A stretch of DNA of 64,000 nt from Mobula hypostoma. Taxonomy: Eukaryota. Below the pieces are notes generated by a model. The model was not told the origin of the DNA. It did not search any database and saw nothing but the letters and a program-made list of their open reading frames with translations. Below are positions 37,101 through 47,700 of the stretch, in pieces. Position numbers and translations under genes: made by a program. The stretch is from assembly GCF_963921235.1 (NCBI RefSeq), contig NC_086107.1, forward strand, positions 98,458,001-98,522,000, given 5' to 3'. Every line of letters begins with the position of its first letter. The stretch's first letter is position 1.

Positions 37101-40100
37101 CCAGAACCTATGGGAAGCACAGAAGACCAGGAGCAGTATTGAGTCTGTGAAAATGAGCTCTGAAAGTGAAGCTGAAATCAGGACAATAACTGACAGAGAT
37201 AGGTGATCTCATAACAATTAGATCAGCTTGAACCTCGCAAATGACTGTACTGCTAGATCCATCTCTAACCACATCATTAAGTTCACCGATGACACAACAG
37301 TGGATGGCCTCATAAGCAACAATGGTGAGTCGACATCCAGAGAGGAGGTAGAACAACTTGTGGACTGATGCGAACACAACAACTTGAGTCTCAACATGGA
37401 CAAGACCAAACAGATCATTGTGGACCTCAGGAAGTTGCAGGCGAATCACTCCCTATCGCACATCAACTGCTCCTCTATGGAGAGAGCCAGGAACACCAAG
37501 TTTCTTGGCATGCTCATCACGGTTGATCTCACTTGGTCCTTCAACACCACCTCTTTAGTCAAGAAAGCACAGCAGCGCCTCCATTTCTTGAGGAGATTGA
37601 GGCAAACAAGGCTTCCTGCCTCCATTCTACCAGAGTACCATTGAGAATGTCCTGACCAGCTATGTCACCATCTGCTAATGAAATTGCAAGGCATCTGACT
37701 GCAAGGGCCTGAAACAGATTGTGACATCCCACTGACTGGGGTCTCTCTTCCCCACTCCACCTCACCCCACCCCAATATACCAGTGTTTGCAGAGCCCTCA
37801 GCATTGTCAAGGACCCCTTCCATCAGCCCCACAGTCTCTTCGATCCCCAACCATCTGGCAGAAGGTATCACAGTAGAAGAACAAGGACTACTACACTGGG
37901 TAACAGCGATTTTCCCCAGACTGTGAAACTTCTGAGCACCCTTCTAACACCTAGTATGCATTATTAATGGAAATGCCATTAGCATTATACTGTTGTATAT
38001 CTAACTTTGGCCACTTTATTAGGTACCTCCTGAGTGTGTGTACGTACGTATCTGCTGTTGTGGCCCATCTGCTTCCAGGGTCAATGTGCTATGTGTTCAG
38101 AGACGCTCTATTGCACACACTGTTGTAACGCGTGCTTATTTGAGTTATTATCACCTCCCTATCAACTTGAATCAGTCTGGCCACTCTCCTCTGACCTCTC
38201 TCATTATCAAGGTGTTTTCATCCACAGATCTGCCATGCTTTTTTTTGTTGTTCATACTATTCTTTAAACTCTAGAGACAGTTGAGCATAAAATATGCCAG
38301 GAGATCAGCTATTTGTGCAATACACAAACCATCTCATCTAGCACCAACAATCATTCCACAGTCAAAATCACTTAGATCACATTTCTTCCCCATTCTCTTG
38401 TTTGGTCTGAACAACTGAACCTCTTGACCATGTCTGCATGCTTTTTTTGCATTGAGTTGCTGCCACATGATTGGACGATTAGATATTTGCATTAACGAGC
38501 AGGTGCACAGGTGTACCTAATAAAGTGGCTACTGAGCGTATATGGTGCAGAAATGTTTACAATGCTGTGGAAGAGGGGCTTGTGATAGTAGAAAGTTAGC
38601 ATGGGCTGAATGGCTTCCTGCTGTGCTGTGACCGCTCTACAATTCTGTGATTCAATCCTCGTAGACTCTGAGCCATCGGTAAGCAGAGTGATTGTGAGAA
38701 ACTCCGGAATCAGCCACATCCCCCTTCAGAAAGAGGTGAGCCACGTGCATACGTTCCCACTACCAGCCCACCACACCACACCAGAAGCATTTTCATGTTC
38801 CTGTCCCAGCCAGACTGGAAGTGCAAAACTGAGAAGATGTTATGAACATCTGAACATCCAACATGCCATTCCTTCACCATTTACTTATCCTCTTACCACA
38901 TCCCAGAGTTTTTCAACCATCTACTCTTCCAACCTTCTGGTCTTCCAGTCCCACTCTTCATGCTCTCTTGCTATGACTCAAATCCAGCTCTCAATCCCAG
39001 TCTCCCATCGTCTCTCCATATCCCTCAAACCTACCATCTCACCAATCAAGCTTACCTACACATTTCCATTCCTCCCATAGATCTCAAACACACAACCCCA
39101 CTATTCACCATATCACTCAATGTCACCAGTCCACCTTCTCAGATCATTCCTTAAATCAAGCTAATCACCTGTCGCCTGATGAAGGGTCTCGGCCCAAGAC
39201 GTCGACTGTTTACTCTTTTCCATAGATGCTGCCCGGCCCGCTGACAGACTCCAGCATCTGTGTGTATTGCTTCAGATTTCCAGCATCTTCAGATTTTCTC
39301 GTGTCTCCGTCACCCTTCACCATGTTGCCCAAACCAACCCACCACAATAACTAATCTGTTAAATTCACCCCAACAATGAAACCTGCTAATCCTGCAGCTA
39401 AGGACATGCCTCGTTTATCTATCTACCTGCTCCCCAAATCGCTCAGTTCTGTATCCTGTCATTGTGTGAGTTAACCCTGAACAGTGACCATCAAAGCCCT
39501 CAGCCACACAAGTTCATCTCATTATATCTAGTAACACTACCAAACCAGCTACTAAATAACATTCCACCAAACCTAGCCCTTTATCTCTCAATTCTTTTCA
39601 TACCTTCAATCTGTTTTTCCATCTCTCCACAGTATCCTTTTATCATGATCTTTATCCTACTCCTTACCTATCCATCAGGCTAATCTCCCACCCATCCCTG
39701 CCTCACCATAGCTCTGACTTCTCCCTCTCCCAGTCCTCTCAATCTTCCCTCAACCCCCAAATATCTCCACTATCGGGTCTGGGGATTTTTCAATCCACGG
39801 GCTCTTTTAGGAGTCCAAGGACGAGTCAAAAACCCGTTGCTTTACGATTGTTTATTTGAAGTTTGAAACTAAAGGAAAGAACATAATGAAAAGACAAAGA
39901 CAAGACGATATTTGCAGTATCTGACATTTTCATACTGGGATAAAGCCACATTCCTGAGATAAGTGAAGAGCCAATGAGGAGAATGAAATATGATAAATCA
40001 TTATGAAACTAAAGGAAAGAACCTGATAAAAAGACAAAAACAAGATACTAAAACAAGAACAAAGACAAGATGGCAAATTTTGCAGAAACTGGTACTTTTA

Positions 40101-41744
40101 TACTGAGCTGAAGCCACATTTTTAAAACAGTGAAGGGCTAATTAAAACACTTTAGCCAATGAAAAATAAAAGATGATAAACCGTTATGTAACTGTTATAT
40201 TGCGTTGCCACCAGTAGGTGGAGTCTAACACCAGTTATTGTGAAAAATACAAGTTAAAACTACACACACAAAATACTGATGGAACACAGCAGGCCAGACA
40301 GCATCCATAGGAAGAAGCACACCTTACAACAACCCCCCCCCTTCTTTCCGCAGGGATCGCTCCCTACGCGACTCCCTTGTCCATTCGTTCCCCCCCCCCA
40401 TCTCTCCCCACTGATCTCCCTCCAGGCACTTATCCTTGTAAGCAGAACAAGTGCTACACATGCCCTTACACTTCCTCCCTCACCGCCATTCAGGGCCCCA
40501 GACAGTCCTTCCAGGTGAGGCGACACTTCACCTGTGAGTTGACTGGGGTGACATACTGCGTCCGGTGCTCCCGATGTGGCCTTCTATATATTGGCGAGAC
40601 CCGACACAGACTGGGAGACCGTTTTGCTGAACACCTACACTCTGTCCACCAGAGAAAGCAGGATCTCCCAGTGGCCACACATTTTAATTCCACGTCCCAT
40701 TCCCATTCTGATATGTCTATCCATGGCCTCCTGTACTGTAAAGATGAAGCCACACTCAGGTTGGAGGAACAACACCTTATATTCTGTCTGGGTAGCCTCA
40801 AACCTGATGGCATGAACATTGACTTCTCTAACTTCCGTTAATGCCCCTCCTCCTGTTCTTACCCCATCCCTTTTTTTTATTATTTTTTATTTTTTCCTTT
40901 TTTTCTCTCTCTCTTTTTTCTCTCTGTGTCCCTCTCACAATTACTCCTTGCCTGCCCTCCATCTTCCTCTGGCACTCCCATCCCCCTTTCTTTCTCCCTA
41001 GGCCTCCCATCGCATGATCCTCTCCCTTCTTCAGCCTCGTATCCCTTTTGCCAAACAACTTTCCAGCTCTTGGCTCCATCCCTCCCCCTCCTGTCTTCTC
41101 CTATCATTTCGGATCTCCCCCTCCCACTTTCAAATCTCTTACTATCTCTTCTATCAGTTAGGCCTGACGAAGGGTCTCGGCCCGAAACGTCGACTGTGCT
41201 TCTTCCTATGGATGCTGTCTGGCCTGCTGCGTTCCACCAGTATTTTGTGTGTGTTGCTTGGATTTCCAGCATCTGCAGATTTCCTCGTGTGTCCAAGTTA
41301 AAAGCTCCATAATTGATTATGGTTTGATCAAAATCTGGAGACATCTACATCCTAATGACAAAGATTATTCCTTTTATTCTCATGTTCACAAAAGATATTC
41401 GAGAACCGATTATCTTATACCTGATTTCCGATTTTCATCCAAAGTCCAGAAATGTGAATATGACGCTATCGTTGTTTCGGATCATGCGCCTTTAAGCTTA
41501 GCTTTTGAATTGCCTTGGCGTTTTCCAGAAAATTTATTACAAAGTTCGGACTTTGTCAAATTTATTGAGACTCAGATAAAAGATTTTTTTTCTTTTTAAC
41601 AATACGGGAGATGCGTTGAAATTGATTATATGAGATACATTTACAGACATCCCACCTCTCCCAGAAGTTCCGGGAGTCTCCTGCATATTGATAGTGGCTC
41701 CCGATGCCCGGAAATTATATACAATATCTCACAAATCGATTTTT

Positions 41745-41794
<50 letters not shown>

Positions 41795-44700
41795 CGAGCA
41801 TCCTGATTGGTCTCTCTTCGTGCTAAGTAGACCTATCAGTTTTCTCTGTGGGCGGGCTTTACAGTCGACCTCAAATATAATGACAGAGTTGCTCGCTGCA
41901 CTGTTTGCAACAGTGACTTTTCTATTGCCCGTGGTGGGTTAAAATGTAAAAGACATGTTGAGGTGAGTTTAACAGGTGTCATTCGTTCATTAGCATAGCA
42001 AACGTTATTTAAACTAGCTGTCTAGCTGCTAAGGAGCTACTCTATTGATGTCCTATGTGATGACGCCAAACTCCCTGTAGACTTGCTTAAAGTTGTAATA
42101 GAATAAACATAATAATATATGTACATATTTTAATGTCACATTTTCTGCATATACCGAACTTGGTTTACAGATTAGACAAAATCACTAAACAAAGTATTAC
42201 ATACGCCCTTGGAGGTCGACGGGGTGGGGGGGGGATATGGGGTTGCGGGAGGCGGGGCTGCTACCTCCCTGAAATGAGTTTTTGTAGGGTGGGATGTCTG
42301 CATTTAAAGCATATTTGTGAGATCAGATAATCTCCTATTTAGCTAAGCTTAAGAAACAGACAGAAAATAGAGTTAGATAAGATTTCAAAACAAATTAAAG
42401 ACTTCGATAATATTTATGCAATCTCTCCTAACATTGATTTATTTAAACAAAGGGTTGAACTTCAATCACAATATAATTTACTATTAACTTATCCTATTGA
42501 AAGAAATTTGCTTAAATTGAAAAGTCAATTTTATGTGTTTGGAGATAAAAGCAATAAGCTATTATTATCCCAATTAAAGGCAGCTAGAGCTAAAAGACAA
42601 ATTTTAAAAATTCGTAAGGCAGACGGTAGTTTAGCTTGTAATTATGAAGACATTAATAAAATTTTTCAAGACTTTTACAGTGAACTTTATAAATCTCAGT
42701 TTCCAGCTGATCCTTCTAAAATGAATGCCTTTTTACAAAAGATTGATTTTCCTAGATCAACAAACTCTTGATACTCCTATTACTGAAAAAGAAATTCAGA
42801 AAGCTATTCTTCCAATGCAATCTGGTAAAGCTCCTGGATTGGATGGTTTTTCCATAGGATTTTATAAAAAATTTGAAAAATTGCTTTCTCCATGTATGTT
42901 AGAAACACTTAAAGATTTTTTTTTTGTTAGGAGAGTTACCTCCCACATTTTATGAAGCTTCTATTTCTTTAATTCTTAAGAAAGATAAAGACCCTACAGA
43001 TTGTGTTTCATATAGATCTATTTCATTATTAAATGTGGATGCTAAAATTCATTCAAAAATAATGGCTAATTGACTGGAGAATATTCTAGCTAAAATTATT
43101 TCTCAAGACCCAACAGGTTTTATAAAAGGCCGTTATTCCTTCCCTAATACTTGGAGACTGTTAAATGTTATATACTCATCCCTTTCTAAGACTCCCCAAT
43201 GTGTTGTTTGTCTTGATGCTGAAAAGGCGTTTGATAGAGTTGAATGGAAATACTTATTTAACGTTTTAGAGAAATTCAACTTTGGTACTAATTTTAATAA
43301 GTGGAATGATATATAAAAGCCCTGTTGCTACAGTTATTACTAATAATTGCAGATCTTCTTTTCGACTTTCGTGGGGTACGAGACAAAGATGTCCATTAAG
43401 TCCCCTGTTATTTAATTTGGTGTTGGAACCCTTGGCCATTGCACTTCGTGAAGCAAAAGATATCCGTGGAATTTTCATAAATGGGACTATTCATAAGATC
43501 TCCCTTTATGCTGATGATCTCTTAGTTTATGTTTCAAATCCTGAAGAATCCATTCCTAGTTTATTGAAATTATTAAATGAATTTGGAAAGTTTTCGGGAT
43601 ATAAACTAAACCTTTATAAAAGTGAATTATTTCCTCTAAATGATTCTGCTTCTATATATGATGACATTCCTTTTAAAGTTACGGACTCTTTTAAATATTT
43701 AGGTATTATCATCACTAAAAATTACAGAGACCTTTATAGAGCTAATTTGGTTCCTTTAGTGGATTTTATGAAGCAATTATTTTATAGATGGAATCCACTT
43801 ACACTTTCGTTAGCTGGCCGAATTCATGCAGTTAAAATGATGATTTTACCAAAAATTTTATATGTATTTCAAAATATTCCTATTTTTTAAACTAAGAAGT
43901 TTTTGATCAGGTTGATTCTATTATTTCACCTTTTGTTTGGTATAGTGAAAGACCAAGAAATGGAAAATATCATTTACAAAAATTAAAAAAGGATGGAGGT
44001 CTTGCTCTGCCTAATTTAAGAATGTATTATTGGGCTGTTAATATACGTTATGTATGTTCTTGGTTATATTGGACTGATAAAAATGAACGACCACCTTGGG
44101 TTGATTGGAATTGAAAGCTGTGAAACAATTTTACTTAACTTCGTTATTAGGAGCTTCTTTACCTGTACAACTGGCCAAAATTTCTAATCTAAATTTATAT
44201 CCTGATTAAGCAGTCATTATGAATTTGGTACCAGTTTCATAATTTTTTTAATCTCAAAAAATTTAACCTTCTTAATTTAATTTATCAAAATTATTTATTT
44301 AAACCTTCACCAAGTGATCCTACCTTTTTCTTTGGAGGAATAAAGGAGTCTCTTCCTTCATGGATCTGTTTCAAGAAGGCTGATTGATGTCCTTTGAGAA
44401 ATTAGTAACTAAATACTCTCTCTCGTACTCACATTTCTTGCAATATCTTCAGGTCAGATGTTTCTTACAAGAATATTTAAGTAATTTTCCATATATACAA
44501 GATTCTGACCTGTTAGACATTATTTTAAAAATGAATCCTTAAGTGAAGGTTTTATTGGGAAAATTTATAATTTACTATTACAACAGTACAATTATCCTTT
44601 ACTTAAGATTAAGCTAAATTGGGAAGAGAGCTTAACATGACCTTGATAACAGAGGATTGGTTGCGAATTTTGAAATTGGTTAACTCTTCTTCGATTTGTG

Positions 44701-47700
44701 CCAGTCACTCTTTAATTCAATTTAAAATTGTACATCGTTACTATTTGACAAAGGAGAGACTGTCTAAAATATTTCCTAATGTTGATAGTCAGTGTGATAG
44801 ATGTAAAACTGAGACAGCTACATTGACACATATGTTTTGGTTGTGTTCTGTATTGAAATAGTTTTGGAAACCTATTTTCTCTACAATTTCTAAAGCTTTA
44901 AAAACTAATTTACAACCTAGTAACTTGACAGTTTTGTTCAGTGTAATTCCTCAATATATTCATGGTATTTCTATATCACACCAACATGTAATTGCATTTG
45001 TTACATTATTGGCCAGAAGGGCTATTTTATTGAAATGGAAAGATGCCTCTGCTCCCACTTTGATACAATGGTTCTCTCAGGTGATGTTATGTCTTAGTTT
45101 GGAGAAAATCAGAAGTCGAATTTTTGATCCTCGATTTGATTTTGAGAAAAGGTGGGGTCATTTTGCCCGCAGTATCATTTGATCTGAGTTAATTAAGATG
45201 GTTCCCTCTGATTCTTGTTTAAATGGATTTGAGTTGGTGGATTGATGTTTTTCTTTTATGGAAGTTTGTATGGCGTATAGCTCCAGGGTTGTGCTCCCAA
45301 TGGGGTTTTTTTCTTTTTTTTTTGTTAATAGGGTTTTTTTTTTGTTTTAGTTAGTAGGGGTTCTTTTTTCCTTCTTTCTTTTTTTCAAAAAAATAGTTTT
45401 AACATTTTATTTTTTCTTATCATTATTGATATCTTGTTTAGCTTTGTTAATCAGTTATTTGATAATTTAATTTCTCATTGTACATATTGACATGTTGACA
45501 TGATTACTTTTATGTATTTTTGTTGGTCTTCAATAATAATTGATAAAAAAGATTTTAAAATGAAAATGAAAACTGCATGTTATATGTTAGTAAAACAACA
45601 ATTTTACTCTTGCTAAAAACTTACTAAAGGCATAAAAAACAGCCGATTCCAACACCACATAACATACTTTCTTACCGTTTCCCTCCATCCTATCTTCTCC
45701 CATCTGTGATACCATTTTTCGATCTTCCTATCATGTACCACAATCGTGCTTTTTCAGCTCATCCCTCAATTCTATTAGAGTCAAAGAGCCATACAGCACA
45801 AAAACAAGTTCTTCAGCCCACCATGACATGTTGAACACCAAGTACCAATCTGATCTAAATCCATTTGACAGCACTTGATCCGTAGCCGTCTCTGCCATGG
45901 CAAATCACGTACTCATCTTCTACTTCTTAGCTGTTGTGAGAATCTCTGCCTTCCACTACACATTAGGCATTCCGTTCCAGAATTCAGCTACCTGGGTGAA
46001 AAGATTGTTCTATGGATCCTGTCAAAACCTTTTACACCTCAGCTTAACCCCTGCCCTCTTGTTTCAGATAGCTCTGTTAAGGGGAAATCTATGTCGTTCA
46101 AGTTTGCGAACCTCTTTCGGTTCTTCTCTCTCCTTCTCTCCTTCTTTGCTCCAAGGAAAACAATCCAATCTCTCCTCATAACTAAACCCTCTATTCTATG
46201 AAACATCCCATGAACCTCCACTGTACCGTCTCCAGCATAATCCTATCCTTCCTCTCGTGTGGTGACCAGAATTGTGCACAGTACTCCATCTGTGGCCAAA
46301 ACAAAACTTTATAGAGTTATATGATGCCCTCCCTGCATTTGTATTCTGTGCTCTGGCTATTGAAGGCAAGTATCTCGTATGACTTATTCACCACCTTATC
46401 TACCTGCTTAGCCATCTTCAGGGATCCTTAGAATTGTACACTGAGGTCCCTCTGTTCCTCACTACTCTCTATAGACCGAACATTCATCCTGTATATTCTA
46501 TTCTGATTAACTCTCTCAAAGTGCACCACCTTGCACTTATCAGGATTAATTTCCATTCTCCACTTCTCAGCTCACCCCGCCAACTAATCAATATAATCTT
46601 GTAAATTATGACTAACAACGTCAACACCATTTTTGTATTGACTGTAAACTACCTCCTACATTCATATTCAAATTGCTCATATACATGACAAACCGTGGGG
46701 TTCCAGTAATGATCCATGTGGTACACCTCTTACCGCAGTCTTCCAATTGCCAAAGCAACTCTCTATCTCCACCTTCTGACTCCTGCTTTGAGTCCCATGT
46801 CCTCGAACCTTTGGATCAGTTACCTATGTTCGATCGTTCAAGTTAATACGAGAGAATGTACACAGTATGCAACCTGAAATTTTTATTCTTCACAGACATC
46901 CACGAAACAGAAAAAAACCCCAAAGAATGAATGATAGAAACATCAGAACCCAAAACCCACCCCGCTTCCAGCAGCAAAAGCATCAGCCTACGTGGGCCCG
47001 TACTGAGGTTCATGTAAACTACATCGATTCTGCTGCCCTCTTTGATACATGTAGTTATCTTTACAAAAAAATTCAATTCAAATCAATAATTTTTTTTAAT
47101 ATTTATCCAAATTCTCAAACTTTGGACTCTATCTACCAACTGCCAACACTTCATGGTGTCTGTAATCTTATCAATCCTACATTCTCATTCAACTCATCAA
47201 CTTTACAGCCTCCTCTCAAGTCATTTATGTGTACTGTTCCAGCGATGGGACCGGGAACACTGAATAAGCCAGAAAATGGGATTGAGAACATTGCCAGACC
47301 CATGGTGTTTTCTTCTCTTCTGTCCCTCAGCCTCCGGTAGCCAGACAAGGGCCAAACTTCGTTAGGAATTTATTCAATTTGTATGGCCTCAGTCCTCTCG
47401 TTCTGAACTTCCTTCAATGTCTGAATCTGGAACCAAGAGCTGGAGAAAACATCTTTGTGACAAGAACCGAGATCCAGCGTCTTCTGCCATATCCTTTTAC
47501 TGTTTTCTTTCCTCAACAATCGCGTTGGTACCTGATCATTTTGCTCTTACTCTGGCTGTGGTTGACGTGTGTAGCTGTGGCTTCCCTCCCCTGTGTTCTG
47601 AGACAGGCTCAGAGTCACCATGTGTAGATGAGATCAAGCCTTCACACAGCAGTCCATACACAGGGGAATCCAAGCTGTACATTGAGCTGAAAGGAGAGAA

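Larger units (their letters stand above)
39771..45654 (-). mobile_element. Probable solo LTR (pieces 39771-40259 and ~45570-45654) split by PLE and L1 insertions
   Basis: 4-bp TSD ccac (39767-39770, 45655-45658); termini tatcgg...ccaaca; AATAAA on the minus strand near 39855. Confidence 0.55.

Noticed and set aside
39175..39207. Active hammerhead
   Set aside because: Core GAAA is mutated to AAGA and the 5' arm of stem I is lost; counted only as a decayed copy.
43282..43890. Functional reverse transcriptase gene
   Set aside because: A fragment of an L1 ORF2 broken by stops, frameshifts and a transposon insertion.
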